Of a DNA stretch of 64,000 nucleotides, positions 24,510-39,435 are shown in pieces. A program made the translations under genes and the position numbers. The notes beneath the pieces were generated by a model. The model did not search any database and was not told the DNA's origin. It saw nothing but the letters and a program-made list of their open reading frames with translations. The stretch covers positions 92,630,001-92,694,000 of the forward strand of contig CM052816.1 in the NCBI GenBank assembly GCA_028534125.1, written 5' to 3'. How positions within the stretch are numbered: position 1 is the first letter of the stretch; each line of letters opens with the position of its first letter. This DNA comes from Lama glama. Taxonomy: Eukaryota.

Positions 24510-24860
24510 TGATCATTTATTCAGCTAAAGTGTTTCTAAGTACCAACTATTAGCAAGACACTGTGCTGGCCACAGCAGGTGACATATTTCACAGTCATTT
24601 ACTTTGCTGGGACTCAGAGCCAAACCTTGTATTTGTCACTGGAGAGAGATGAATAAACCTACATCCTCCACCCAGGGGACGCACCATGCAGTGCGTTCAA
24701 GGATCACACCACACCACCACCATTCAGATACAGCTGGGACGCTGCATGCTATCAGCGGATACAAACCCTGGCAGAAGTTAAGAAGGGGCATCAGGTGGGG
24801 GGGGATCATGGAAGCCTTCATGAAGGAGGCAGCGCTGAAGCTGGCCTTTGGACAAATAAC
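24510..24860 (-). mobile_element. L2 LINE fragment
   Basis: tcatttattcag...agtaccaactat...cactgtgctgg and ggaagccttcatgaaggagg motifs. Confidence 0.5.
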
Positions 24861-26899
24861 CCATTATAAGCTCACAAAGCTGCAGAAGCGCAGGAGCCTT
24901 GTCTGTGCAGTGCGACCAGAGCCTGCACAGAGCCTGGTATGCAGCAAGCATGCATCAAGTATCGACCAGAAACCGCAGAACTCTCCAGCCAGAAAAGACA
25001 GAGCCCTGTTCCAGGGACAGCATTTCCTCCATGGACATTCAGCTGAGTAACTGCACAGGACAAAGAACCGTGAAGGCGGCATCCAGGTGCAGGCGGCGAG
25101 ACAGCCCGGACTGGCCGGCAGGTGAAGCGGTGTTCCTGATGGAGCCCTGCTGCACCTCGTATGAGCCGAGGGAGGCCAGAAAAATACGGAGGCCAATCCA
25201 CTGCAATAAAACTAAATCAGCTGCAGGTCCTAACGTTCATAAGCAGAAGACTCACACATCAGAAGTGATGGGGACACTGTCTAAGCCAACAAATAAGCCT
25301 TCCACATGTTTTTGTGCCTAAAAGTGAGAATATGGGGGAATCTGTCACGGGAGCAATGCAGCATGTAATATGATCCCTCCGTGAAGGGGTTGCCACTACG
25401 AACTCTGACATGGTCTGTGTCCAGGGAAGCTCGCAGGTTGCGGAGAAGTGAGAGCTCTTGGACGGGGTGGGCAGCTGTGGGCAGCCTCCCTGGCGCACAG
25501 ACCCCTCCCCGGGTCAGCATCGGTCTTAGGAGGCTGCAGTCCCTCCGTAACGCCCTGTGGGACCTGGCTGGTTTTACAAGGATGACTCTCAGGGCATCCC
25601 GGCCGTGCTTAGGAAATAAGCTGGGGTTTGTAAAAATGGTTAGAAAGAAAAAGAAACGAGAGACGTCATCTCCTAGCTTCTTTCTGGGCTCAGTCGCAGA
25701 GGATCTGGTTCTCTGCACTTTGGAAGCAGAGTCAAAAGAGATTGTTTTTGCCTCACCTGGCAGGTCAAGTATTATAAACCTGACCATGGCCTGACCGTTC
25801 CAGCCTAGACCCAGGACGGAGGCAGAGCCGTCCAAGGTCAGAGCTCTCCGGTGCTGCGGACAAACTGCTATTCTGAAGGGAAAAGGGGTTCTCTTCCTGA
25901 GCTGCTTTTCATCAAGTCATTTCAGTGGCATTATTTCACTTCACTGGAATATTTATGACTTAGAAAAATGCTAGCAGCAAGTATAAACTCAGAAGGAAGT
26001 TTTGGCGAATTTTTAAATTTTACCTTGAAAAACAATTTCGTTTCAGAAGTCTGAAAATGCAGAGGGAAAATTCTTTCACCTGTCTGTAAGACAGGCAGAT
26101 TATTTTGTCTTGTGCAGATCTTCTCCATACATTAGTCACAATTTGGGTGATCAGCAATGGAAAACATAACCAAAACCAAAAGCAAACAGATAAATTCCTT
26201 CTCTTTCCAGTTTTTTTTTTTTAAACAATAACGCTCAATTCTTCAAGGTGTTTGACACTTTTGGAAAAAACAATAAATTGTAGTTTTTTCTTTTCAACAC
26301 AGAAAATTCACTGACTTGGACACAGTGAGTTTAACAGCCCATTTATACACTCTTTACTGGATTGTGACATTATGCATAAATCAGGAATTTTTAAGACTTA
26401 AAAATTATTTAAACCTAAATCAACCATTAGAATGACATAAAGTGTCTGCTATTATTTTTAGTTATCTAAAGAACAGACTGACCACTAGGCCAACTGCTCT
26501 GCTGCAAATTTTAAATTAAACAATGTGTCCTAAAGGCATTCAGTAGAATCAAGGTCTCCAAAGTCCTGGGCACACGGGAAGCATCAATCACACCATGAAC
26601 AGAGCTTTAGAGGGTCTCCTTGGGTGGCTCCTGAGTTACTGGTCTGCACACAGGTGCCTTCCCTAGAGGAGCTCCCAGTGACGCCGCGATGCCTGCATCT
26701 GAAGTGTCCTGGCTGGGCACAAACTCTCCTGGGGCAGCCCCCTTCCTCTGAGACCTCGCTCTCTGCTCAGGCGGACTGTGGATGGCGCAGATCAACAAGG
26801 TAAACCTGGGGTGGAGGCCCAGGCAGGGCTCTACATCACCCAGCCACGACAGCACTTTCAGCGGAGGAGCTGTCAGGACAGGAAGCACCATGACCTTAG

Positions 26900-27040
26900 A
26901 CTCCAGGCCTCACGTGGGCGGGCGCTGGGTCTGCTTTGTTGACAGCTGCGGGCCCAGCTGCCAGCGGGACGTCTGGCACATCCTTGGAGCTTAATAAGTA
27001 TATGTTGAATAAATAATGAATGGGTGCATGAACGAATCGA
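26900..27040 (+). mobile_element. L2 3' end fragment
   Basis: tctggcacat...cttaataagtatatgttgaataaataatgaatg. Confidence 0.55.
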
Positions 27041-30000
27041 TTCCCAGCCACAGGCTGTTTCCCAGCCTGAACGCTGCCTGATGACTCACGTCCACCCCCG
27101 TGAACAGTGACATCCTGACTTGGTGCTATGTCTTCGTCAGTTCTGAGGTGAGCTATATGTCACGTCTAATTTCAGTCAAGGTTGTGAGTGTGTGAATTAT
27201 CTGCTTACAAGATGGTTATTCAGAGCAGACCAGAGCCATCCCTGCACCGGCCCGCGCTATGTGATGCTGTCTCGCGGATGCCCGTGGTGAGGGTGGGGAG
27301 CTCAGGAACGCCCCCTGGCGCGTCCCCCAGCGGGGCCTGGCCCCAGCTGCCCCGAGAAACATGGCGGAAAGCTCGTGTGTCACTCAAAGTTGTGTCGTCC
27401 CTGTTTCCACCTTCAGTTACCGCTCAACACTCAGGATGCTCGGTCCTGCTGCCTTTCCACCCTGTCACCAGCGCCCACGTCTGTGAACACCCGCCGCACA
27501 CAGCATGCCTTGTGGGGAGGTGCCCTTCTCTCCCGGCCTGGGGAACCCCCGCTGGTTCAAAGTCCAGAAGGAAGATCAACTGAGGATGTCGGAAGGGACT
27601 CTGGGCTCATCAAAGGGTCTGAGCTTGAGCCTGGCTCTTCCCTTCAACAGCCCTGCCCCTGGGCCAACATTCTGGCATCTGAATTTCCTCATCTGACAGG
27701 GCTAAGAGAGGATTACAAGAAATAGCAGAAATAAATGAGCTTTACAAACTGTAAAGCCTGGTCCACAAATGTCAGGTGGTCAAGGCAACCTCCTCCAGGA
27801 CTCCCTGGTAGTACAGGACTCACCACAGAACTTACTTGGTTATATTTATGCGAAGTGTGAGTACCCGGGACACCAGGATTCGGTTTAACTGTTTTGTAAT
27901 CACAGGCCCAGCGAAGTATGCAAGACATATTCAAAATCATTTTTCAGTGTATGAATAATGAATGAAGCAACCTAGATGAAGCACTTCATTCTGTTTCTAT
28001 TTTTAAAAACAACTTGTTCCTTATTAAGAGGACAAAGTAAACTGCAGCATAAAGACATACTCTCATCACATCCCAGTCATTTAAAAAGATGCTCGTGTGT
28101 ACAAGAAAAAGCCATTTGTGATTTGCCTGAAGCCCTCAGAGAAGAAATCAAAGTTTCTCTCTTCTTATTTTGAGGGGAAAACAACCCCACATAGATGGCT
28201 CTTTGCTGAAGTCAGAGTTCACCCAAAGTCCATGCTAGATTTCTTCTTAAATAAAGAAAAAAGCTGAAGAAAGAAGGGGAAAGCAGAGGCGCTGACCCTC
28301 GGCCCCACACAGGAAAGAGTTTTACCACGTGAACACACAGCACAAAACCTGCTGGGAGAAGAGAAATTGCCTCCTAGCCCCAGTCTCTAAATTTGAGACA
28401 TCTGTGATTAATAAAGGCTTTTTTTTTAATGCAAGAAAAAAAAGGAAAAGGGACCAGAGCCTGCTAGCTGCAGACTGAGAAAAGGATCGTGTTTCATTTT
28501 AACCCTCTCTTCATGTTCACAGTGGCAAGAAGGCTTGAAGACGCTTCTAAACGTCCTAGGGTAAAAGCTGGATTGCCGAGGATGGCTGTCACTGAACTTA
28601 AAGCCCCTGAGTTTGAACGAGCTTCACCAACACGCCCTCCTGCCTGCCTTCTGTTTCAGTCCCAGCAGCACACGGGCTCCTGGGGGCAGAGGTCGTTGCT
28701 GCTTTGTTCAGGCTGAAGCTCTAGAGTTTAAAGCCTGCCTGCCCCTTCAAGCAAGCACTTCACAGATTAATGGTCATTCAGAAGCAGTGGGGCAGGGGTT
28801 CCAGCCCATCCCTGGCAGGTACTGGGCGTGGGTATCTGAAAAGTCCTCCAGTTTCCTGACAATGACATGACGGTGACTCCTTACCAGGCTGTTAGGGGGA
28901 AAAGGAACAAAACAGGTCTTTGTCAACACAAAGCCTAACACAAACATGAGGCAGTACTCACATTTTTCCCAGAAAAAGAAATTGCAAAACACAAGGAAGA
29001 AAGTGGGATGGCGTGGGGCGGCAACATACGCGAGGATCGACCTGAAGGATCCACCACTGGGCCAAGAGCAGGAGGGCCGGCAAAGCCCGAGCCTGCTGGC
29101 TGGTGTGTCACTACGCATCTGCCCCCCGGGCACCCCTGACTCCGGCCAAACACGCACACACGGGACCAGCGCTGATGGCCCATCACGTCTGATGAGGCAC
29201 GACCACCAGGCAGACGCACACATGCAATGCTGGGAGACTTTCCAGCAAACAGCCGTCTCACATTTCAAATTCTCCTCCACAGAGGCTCCCAGAACGATTT
29301 TAGCTGGTTAGGTTTATTCCCATCTTTCTGGCCATTGTAGGCGTTCACAGATATCTGTCAAAGGAACCGTGCCAGGGTAACTTGCTTGGAGTTTGTATCA
29401 AGATGTCCTGGCACGGTCATCTTGAACCCAGAGTTCTGCACGCTCCCAAAGCAAAGTCCTAATTTACAATTCCAGCTGCAAGGACTTGAATGTTTATTTA
29501 GCAGTTATTGCTATGTGCTAGAGAGAATTCAAGCACACTTTGGGGCAGCTGATTCCAATGTCAGAAAACAATGCCATCCGACTGTTTTAGAACAGACCAG
29601 GCAGGGTTTAATCAGGTACACGTGGCCAACGGCTGCTTCTGAAACCTGTCTTAAGAATTTGACGCAGCAAGTCACGTTTTATTTAGGAAGTCCTTCTGCT
29701 GTACCAGGAAGGCTGTAATGTACACGTGGAAATCAGATCTATCAATTACTTACACAGCAAAGAAAGAATAAGCATGCATTTATGATTGTTGACTGGGTTG
29801 GTTAAAATAGTCTAGAGCAAAATGTTCTGAGTAAATGATCCTCTCTCTCTATATTTTTCAAACAAGATTTTAATTCCCTGCTTTGGGGATCAAGGTAGTT
29901 TTTTTTGGAATAATAATAAAAAAACAATAACACATTGGAAATGCTCTTGAAAATCACATAAAAGTGAGCTCATCCTAAATTCTTCTTCCAGATGCGTTTC

Positions 30001-33000
30001 TAGGGATCACAGCTTCTCTTTGTTTTCCACAGTGACTGCAGTCGCCTGGGCAGGCCAGGCGGATTCGTTTAGGACAATGAGGAGTGAGACGAAGCCGGGG
30101 TACTACTTGGAGAATTTTACGTAATTTTAGGTGACCAAGAAGAAGAAACTGACTGCCTTGTGATATGGCTACACTTTTGGTGCGTTACAATATTACAGCC
30201 AGGCTTTTTATAATGTTTTCCCAAATTTAAATCTCTATTCTATTTGTAAGTATCTGGAAACTTCTTGCTAGACTCCTAATTTTTCATCCCAGTCACCTCA
30301 CTCATCTTCTGTCTCTGAGAGTCCGTGGGTCTTCATCTGTCTCAGTGCAATAAAGAAGCATCAGCAGCTGAGACACAGGCGTGGACCAGACCTGCACCCT
30401 CAGTGAGTTACCTGCTCCTCTGCACATGCTCAGGTTCAGGTGGTCCAGGGTTCTTTTACTCCAGCCTGTCACTGTCACAGCAAATGCACGTTAACACAAA
30501 AAACAATCTCTTAAAAAAGTTAGGAGATGTACAGAGGCTCTGAGCACAGATGTGGGACGGCAATGACTGAAAATGTGGCACAAGAGTATTAAAAGCAAGT
30601 TTTACATACATCGCAATTTGGTGCAGTGCGTCCTCAATGCAGAAATGTGAACTTTGCTTTCATATATGAAGTAAGCACAGAAAATGTGAAAGAGATAAAT
30701 TCCCCAGCCTTTTTTTTTTTTTTAATAATCCCTAGATTTAACCAGAGGTCCAGCACAGCATGGCCACGGCTCACGCTGTAATGAAGAACACATGGTCTCA
30801 GCCGCCTGAGAAAATGCACATAAACGACCCACACATTGACTGTTCCCTGTGCAGCCCCCTTCCAGGAACCACCCGGGAGAGTTCCCTGGCAGGCACCTCC
30901 CGGAACTGTGAATGGAAGAACACAACGAAGTAATCATGGATATCGATTAAAACACACTCGACTAGGACTCAGTTAGAAGCAAAGGCTCTTCTTCCTTGGG
31001 AAGGCTGAAAGCGGGCTGTGTGGGCCTGCACAGAGCAGCTGCCCCGTTCGGGGCACTAGTCTTGGGAGTCGGGTCCTGCACAGAGAACGTCATCTCACCA
31101 GCACCTAACCTGAGGGGCGCTAGAGATGCGAGGCTTGTAACCTCCAACCTAACAGAACCTGCAAGCAGAAGATGCACATGCAACAGGCTCTGGGAATCTC
31201 TAAATGCTATTTAGTCCCACTGCGGTTTTTGGAAACACCTAAAACATGACACAGTCTTTGGAAAATGTGGCTATGTCAACAAATGCAGAACTTCAAGCAT
31301 CGTTTTTCTTCTCAAATTCATTCTTGTGAGAAGAGATGCTAACCTGCCAGAATTTCCAGTTGAACCCATCAGATTTTAAAGGTCTTTCTCCATTTGAATT
31401 TCACCACTTGAACTTCCAATAAGGAAACGTGAAGAAATAAAGACGAAAGCAGATGACATAAGCCTCTGCTTGGCTAATCAGAAGAACAGGGTATCACATA
31501 TTGCTAAAGTGGAAAGCTGAAACCACCCCAGAAATGAAATGAGGAGGAAAGGGCTATTATTGAGAATGGATAACAGAAAGCATGGGCTAGTCTGGATCAA
31601 TGGAAGGAATTTAATACAAGCCTAGAGAACTGAGTTACCATGCCCTGAACAAAATTGGACCTGGCTCATTTCTGGGACCAGGAAGGCTCTGGGTACGGGC
31701 AGATCTGCAGCTGGGAGGCGGGGGACGGTTTTTAACCAGGCTGTTGTTGAATTCCAGGAAAAGATGACCTTGGTGGCTGCCACGCCTTGTGAACAGAACG
31801 CCGGGAGAGGGCAGCCCCAGTGACAAGGGACAAAATGGATCCCCAAGCAAAGATGGAGGGCCTGATGAGATCCCCCTCCTGCTGCTGTGGTGTGACCTGC
31901 TGTGTGACACCCCTCCCGGGGGGACACGGGGAGAACCAGGAGCATCTGTGTCACTTGCTGGCCCGGCGCAGACATCCTCATGTGGTTAAAACCACACTGT
32001 CAGAAAACACCGCTACGATGTCAGAAAGTTCTCTTCTTTTTAACCCTGATTTTAAGCTGGGGCTTACTTTTCATGGGATCCTTCTCTACTTGACACAAAC
32101 ACTGGCTTTGTTTGAGCAGAGTTTCGAGCCCATATTCCTGTCTCCTTGGAATGACAGGGCCATTTTCTCTGTTTTTCTTTCTTTTTTTAAAATGTAAACT
32201 AGCTCTTGAAATATATTTCCTGGGAGATGTCAAGAACAGGCATTTTCTGCAACCCAAAATCTACGCTGTCATAAAAGGGAAATGCAATCTCTGAGGGGTT
32301 ATCTTGCCAGCGAGGACGGGGAGGGGATTTGGGCTCATTCCTAACTACACCAGGACAAAAGCAGATGTTTCAAGAAATCCTTGCTGGGTGAAAGAAAGAT
32401 GCTTTTCCAAAAACAAACAAATAAAAAAACATAAAAATGAGACCAGAAAGACACACACAGATCTTGCAGGGTACAGACATGACGGGACGTTTCCTAACCC
32501 TCCCAGCCCAGCCCCTCATTCCTGACGGACGGGCTCCTTTTGCATCCAGCCATCCATCCATCTGCTGGGGGTAATGTGAAGGGTAAAAGGCGGGTCAGCA
32601 CCAGCCCTCACATGGAAAGTTCTCCAGCCAGGAGTGGCCCCGCCGCCCACCTGAATCCAGCTGTGGCCCCACTCTACAGAAGCCCCAGGCAGCGGAAGTG
32701 ACGGATGACGCCAGCCTGACACCCAGTGAGGGCAGGGGTGGGCGCAGGGGTGGGGGTGGGGGAAAGAAAGTCCCTTGACATCTCACCTGGCTTCACGTCC
32801 CTTCTTATGGGATTAAACACAAGACATCGGCCCAAGACCAGGCTGCCTCCGTGGGGACTCTGCAGGAGAGGGCACCGGTGTCACCACCCAGCTACCCCAG
32901 CACTGCCACGTGGGCAATTCACGACATCCTGCGACCTGTGCTCTCGCTCAGGTTGGCCTACAATGCTTAGAAACCAGAAAAATTCCTGAAGGCTCCTCTG

Positions 33001-36000
33001 TCTGTTTGGCTTTCTCAGGGACTGAGATCCTCTGTTTCCTCCAAGAGTCAAATGGCTGTCCTTTCCAAAGATATCACCTACACCAAGAAGAATTGTTAAA
33101 AAAAAATTTCATGCCTTTTTAGATTACTTAGTATTTAGTACACTGCTGACTTCAGGATAATGAGGTTTTCTCTGTGATAAAATGGTGGGTTCTTGATTCT
33201 TCCTTCCATCTGGGAAGCAATTTCCAAGGCAATACAGTATTTATTATTGCCCTGAATAGACGATCATCTTTTAAGGGAACACGAAGTTAACTGGGGAGGA
33301 AAGAAGCAGTCACACGGTGCTCACAGAATGTGCCTTCCATCTGGTCCTGCTCAGAGGTCTTAAAACTGCTAAGACACACGAATGCTCAGCCTGCGGGCAA
33401 AATCGTTCCTGGTGTCTCACACACACAGTGTCGGTAAGTGAACGCTCTCACCTTATTTGAAGGAGGCTGGCATCTGGAACTGTGTTCTTCATGATGGGTA
33501 TTGATGCTTTTGGTCAGTATCGTCATATGGTTGAAAAAAAGAAAGTAACTTAGCCCACCTTCCTAAAGAGAAAACCAAACACTCTTTTCAGGAGGAAATC
33601 TGCAGATTTAAAAAAATTGAACATGTCTCTAAGTGAGGCAGGAGACACGCAGACACTCCCCTGCAAAATGGTTTAAAGGAACATTCTGCACGTTTAAACT
33701 GTGTGATTGATTTATTTCAGGTGGTGACAGATTTCTCTTCATTCATACATACATTTACTATTTTAACTAAGGCCAGATTCAGAATGCCAACATGTAAGTC
33801 TTTTTCCTACATTCCAGAAAATGCATGAATTACACAAGAACGTATTTAACCAAAACATGCTATAAACCATGAGAACTTGTAAAGGTTTTCTTAGTGTCAT
33901 TCATAGAGCCCTACACACATGGAGCATCAGGAAACAAAAGCCGGCCTTGGAATGTTCTGCAATCAGCTTGCCAAGCACTATCACTCTTCACGTCATCTAC
34001 CCGGCAGGTCAGCTGAACTTTCAGTCTCAAGGGATAGAATATTAGTTTAGAAACAGTTGCAGCTGTGGAGAACGAGGAAATGGACGATTCTTACCCCCTA
34101 CACACCTGAACCACAGAGCAAACATCTAGCACATTATATGCCAGGGTCCCTGCCATTTGGTTCAAATCAGAGCACCAAAAAGCCGTCACTAGTTAGGAAT
34201 TCCCCTCACAATTATATTTGAGTAACACCTGTATCAAAAGCAAAACGCTGCCCTAATGAAAGCTAAGCACTTGAAAATGGGATTAAAAAGTTAACCACAC
34301 GGCCAGGCGGAAAGCCCCACTGTGTGTGTGCATTTCACACCCACCATCCACTCCCAAGCGCGCAGAGGGTTAAGCCCTGCCATCCCGTAACTTTAGCTCT
34401 GATGTTATGACAGCTTGACCCCCAACTCCCCTACAAGAACTGAATGGCACTGACTTTAATTTTTCAAATTATTGTTTTGTAATTTCCTGAGGACGCCCAC
34501 TCCCTTCCCAGGATATCACATACTAACACCGTAACACCACCACAACAAAAGCCAAAACACAAAAACAAAGAGGGTGGGAGCAACTGTCCTTGGAGTTATT
34601 CACGTATCCAACATGGGAGGTGAAATCTCCACCTATGATGTGTCTCAGGATGAGGGAGTGAGGCCAGGGCAGCTTTCTCAGCATCCCCCGCACTCCTGTC
34701 CATAGGGTGTCCTGTTAGCATCGTGCCCACATTGGTGTGATTTGAGCAGCTGAGTAACTGCAGCGAGAGGAAGGAAGGAAGGGAGGCCTGGAGTTATTCC
34801 AGGAAGGAACAAAGCCGGCTCAGAGACAAAGAGAATGAAAAGAACGCCTCTGCTATGAACGCCAATTAACGGCACAAATCCTGTCCTTGGCTTTAATTAG
34901 TGCCCCGTGTGCTGGATCGGCACTGCCGTTGCCGCAGACCAGGAGGGCAGCCTCCGCACGGGGGCGGGGGAGGAGCAGGACCCAGACGCCCAGTGTGCCT
35001 TCCTTTTCAGCTGGAGAGAGACAAAGGGAAAAATCTTCCATTTTCAGTTCTACGTCATAATGAGTACGTTCCCTTCTTGCTATTAAAGACTCTTACTCAA
35101 CTCCGCATGTGCTTTTGGCCACTGGGCCACTTCTTAAAATAATCCATCAGCTTTAGGAGATAAAAGAGGAAGGAGGGGGTTGCCTGAGGGCGACGTACTT
35201 GGTCTCAGATGTTTCTCAGTGGCTGTATCCTTAGAGGAAGAACTCCAGTCTTCCCAGTATGGGTCCAGCATGAATTGTTATTACTGTTAACAAGATGTAA
35301 CAACAGAAACTTTCTTCAACGGTGCATTTGAGAACATGGACAATGGACAGGATTGAAGTATAAATAAAAGAGGCATCATTTTTCATAGAAAAAGACTAAA
35401 AACCTGTCCAAACACTATCAGGGGTTGCCTATGGGCATTATTATCTCCCCCTTTGCTGCTCCACTTGTCTGTGAAGCCTCTTTTTTTAAACAACCGGCAT
35501 CTAGTTTCAGAGAAACACTGGCTATGCTTCGGGCGAGTATACTCTGTCCGAGTTTGTCCACTTCTATGTGAGAGCTGCATGGACTGACAGGGCGCATCTG
35601 GGCTGCAGAGGCTGCCCACGCTCCCCCGGCCCTGGGGGACAGGAGAGGAAGTTCGGGGCCCCGGGGACTGACCCCCAGGCAGACTGTGCTGGCTTTGTGG
35701 ACTTGCTCCCACCCCCAGGCCAACGTGGAGCACCTGGAGGAAATTCTGCAGAATAAAAAGCCATAAATTTGTGTTCCCCACGAGGCCTAGCTGAAGGGTT
35801 ATACTTAGAAAGAGCACATATCAAAGGGGGATTACAGCTAAGGCAGGGGCAGCCTGGTCCTGCCTGGAGAGAGGAAAGGTCATCTGGCCTGGAGGGACCT
35901 CTGGGGCACTCTGAGGGAACTTTTTGGTCTATTTTTAATATTAACTTCAAAAAGTTCTAATAGTTCAAAATGTCTGTAGTCACCCCTAAGTAAGGCCAAA

Positions 36001-39000
36001 TAACTTGAGGTTTCTTTACACTTTCTGGCTGAAATATAGATATAGAAATTCAACATATAACACTTTTTTTTCCCTCAGAAATTGTCATCATGAGCTCAGA
36101 GAGCCAAATACATCTTTGATTAGTGAAAAGTGAGAAAATGAATCAAAATTTTGTAATTGCGGTTTGCTTAAAAAGAAGAGAAATAACCTTTAATGCAATT
36201 TCTGGAAAGCATACTCTTCTTGGTTTTCTCCTGCAGGTGAGGTGCCTGCAGTTAAGCGAGATTAACAGGGATCTGGCTCAGCCTGGAAGCGGAGAGGCCA
36301 GGCAGGAGCACTCGTGCTCTGACTTCCAGAGCCACACACTAGGCCCATTGTGTCTCCACGTGCACCATGTTTTAAACTGTGATCCATTTAAAAATACTTA
36401 GAGATCAAGAAAGATGAGAGACAGAATTTAGTTTGCACAGTAACTTGTGTGAAACCATCAGTCTTCATGGCTGAAACCAGACAACACGGTGCTGAGTACT
36501 TCTTGGGGGGTGGGTCCCTCGTTTACTGACAGGAAGCTGAACGGCCTGTGCACGGGCAGCCTTGACGTGACCTGGGCCCCGCTGTTAACCTCTTTGCATA
36601 CTTTTAGAACAGGCTCACATTCCTGCATTTAGTCTGTCAAGTGTTTTCCTTTAATTTATAAAAACAAAAACTGCACTGGTGAGAATCCACACTCCTCATC
36701 AAAAAAAGAACAAAGAAGACGTGGAGAGAGTTCGAGAAGGATGTTAAGGCACAGTTCACTCTGGATCTGTTCAGTGTTAAGGCGGATCACTGCTTTATGT
36801 TTTTCCTTAGTCAGGGGAATATGTACAGCACTGGAATAGATTCCATGTGTCCAATAAAAGGGTCTGCTTATTTCAGGATAAGAACCAACTCAACGGTCCC
36901 ACTCTCTTATCAGTATAAATGGGCCCTCCCATTGCAACCCTCTGAAAAGATAATTTATAGTCCTTCTTGACCTTACCGTTTCTTGGGTTCTTTCCCCTAC
37001 AACTGCTCAGCAGTAAACTCTTGGGGCTTATGGCTGTGTGAGTTATTGCAAATGGCGACATCTGCAAATAAAACGGCTCTCCTGCAGATTATTCCAACAG
37101 GACTGATTCACATCTGGACAAGGAGAATGCCCCGCTGGATACGCCAGAAAGCAGAAAAACAGCCTTTTCCCAAGGTGATCCAACAAATGAACCCCCAGAG
37201 TGTGTGTGGGTATGAAGACAGGCTTTGCAATCACTGTCTATGATTTACTGGGTATTTTAAAGTTACTTTGGGATTCATTTGTTGGATATTACTCAGAATC
37301 AACTTTTCCTTTTCCAATCTGATGCATATAAATGTGCCCATAATCAACTGAGTAATTGGAACTAGAATGCATTATTAAAATAGCACTTTGATATAATGTG
37401 GCATTCAGGAAATTGTCTGGGAATTACTATGAAAGTTTGAAAAGAGATGGATGTCATGTTTCCTCAGAAAAAAAGATCTAAGTGGAGTTTTACTGTGAGG
37501 AGATCAGATTTTTTTTCCCATGAAAATTGCACTGGACATCTATTTCTTTCCAAATTTGCGTTAGCTTACAAATTTTGAGTGACAGCTTGAATAACAACAC
37601 CTGGAGTTTCCATTATAGTCTGAGAGTTACTAGAATAAAAATATATCTAGGGGAAACCAAAAATTATAATAAAGAACTTCCTGTATTTAAAAAGTCAGTT
37701 TAATAATGTCCCTTTAGAGGAATTCCTAAGGACCTAAAATACTGCTGAGATTCAAAATTCCCTCTATAAGAAGAAAGCCATCTCTTTCTAAAACCCATGA
37801 CTTCTCAGCAAAATTGCTCATTAAAATATTTCCGTCTAAACCTTGGGGATGTTCATGATATGCTGAGGGGGTGCTCTACTGTTATTCCCATTCTGCACAC
37901 AAAGAACTGAAGTTCAGAGAGAGAAGGCGATTTACTTGGGACCCAGAGCTACTGGGTGGCTGAGATTTTAAGTCAGATTTTTGACATTATCAATTGCTCT
38001 TTTCACTGCACAGAAGTTATTGTTTTGTGTAAAGAGCTCTTACAGATCATCTGCTTCCGCCCCCCCACCCAGTGTGGAATTCCTAGCACATAGCATCACT
38101 AGCGGACCTGCCCAACTTAGACCCCTCCAGAAAGGGAGGCCATTCTTGAACAATTTAATTAACATAAATATGATAAAAGTCACGGTCAGAGACTTACAAA
38201 TGCTCTGATAGCTTTGTGATAAAAAAAATATGAGGAGTATGATCAAAAACCACCCTGACACCAACAAATTCAATTTTCACACAGCTGACACCTCCTTCAG
38301 GGCACATTATTCGAAGATAATCCTGTTGTTTCCCTCTGGTACTTCACACACACACACGTAACAGTACCCCGGCCCCTTCAGATGCTGACAGCAAACCTCT
38401 GCCTCCTCCTTCCTCAGATCCCCTCTCCTTTGGTGGGTCCCTCCACCTCCCCCATGTCCACTGAGCTCACAATACACAGAGAGTGCCCTGAAGGTCTGGC
38501 CAGATCCCCTGGACTCCCTCCCGCTTGCTGTCCACTTCTAAGTGCACATGCAGACGAGAGAGTGACGGCAAACATTAAAAGCACACTAGCTCAGGACCAA
38601 AGTTCTGGTAGAAGCCATCCCGTCTGGAAGGCAGAAGACAGCCTGGGAGAAACTCATCTCAGTGGCTGTACAGTCTGGACAGATGTCAAAGGTTACAGCT
38701 GGAAAGCTAGCCTCCTCTGGGGCGTTGCAGGGCAGGGGTCTGTGGGACCCACACACCTAATTCCTTCCCTAGCTTCACTCTCCTCTATCCTATTGCCTTT
38801 TCCTCAAAGTGGAATTCTGCTTCTCAGATGACCTTTGCAGGAATCGTGTTTTCTTGTTTTGACTCTAGTTCTGTGTATAAACCAGAGCCGGGACACACAC
38901 TCCCCTGAAACAGACTGGTGGTTACTGGGAGACCCTTCCCTGCATGTAACTTCACGTTATCTTATTACATGGCTGCAGTTCTCAAGAGAAGGAACCAGAG

Positions 39001-39435
39001 AAACTAAATATACATGCAGGACACCCGAACAGTCTGAAAAACCCTAAACAAGATTAAACCTGAAAATGACAGACATGAGACCATAAGAAGGCAATTTCTA
39101 GCACAGATGACTTTAGACTGTTTACATGGCACTTACAGGAAAAACAGGGTCATCAAAAGCAATCCCAGATACTAAGAACACCTTACAACCAAGCAATCAA
39201 TCAACACATCACCGTACAGAGCCCAGCGCCCCATTTCTCAGGCCTTTCCGAGAGGGCCCCCACAAAACCTCCCCCAGCAGCCCCTCTGACAAAATGGTCA
39301 GCAGACAATACGTTTCAGCAGTAAAAGCACAAGACATGTCTGTTTCCAAGCCCACGACAAGCACCCTGCGGCCACCTGGAAGGAAACAGGCCCGGGAGAG
39401 CAGGCTGGTGGGAGCTGGGGCTGGGGTGTGTGTAC

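Noticed and set aside
25281..25835. 184-aa minus-strand ORF, and similar ORFs such as 58764-59387
   Set aside because: No recognisable domain, non-ATG or weak starts, no phase-compatible splice sites noticed; expected by chance in GC-rich intron.
32728..32762. G-quadruplex-capable G-runs (also 495-510)
   Set aside because: Common in GC-rich mammalian introns; nothing links them to function here.
34090..34160. Short ATG-initiated minus-strand frame ending at GG|gtaaga as another first exon
   Set aside because: The donor is phase 2, incompatible with the phase-1 acceptor of exon 35.
36145..36170. gtaattgcggttt resembling a MADE1 mariner TIR
   Set aside because: Only about 13 nt of similarity and no matching second arm.
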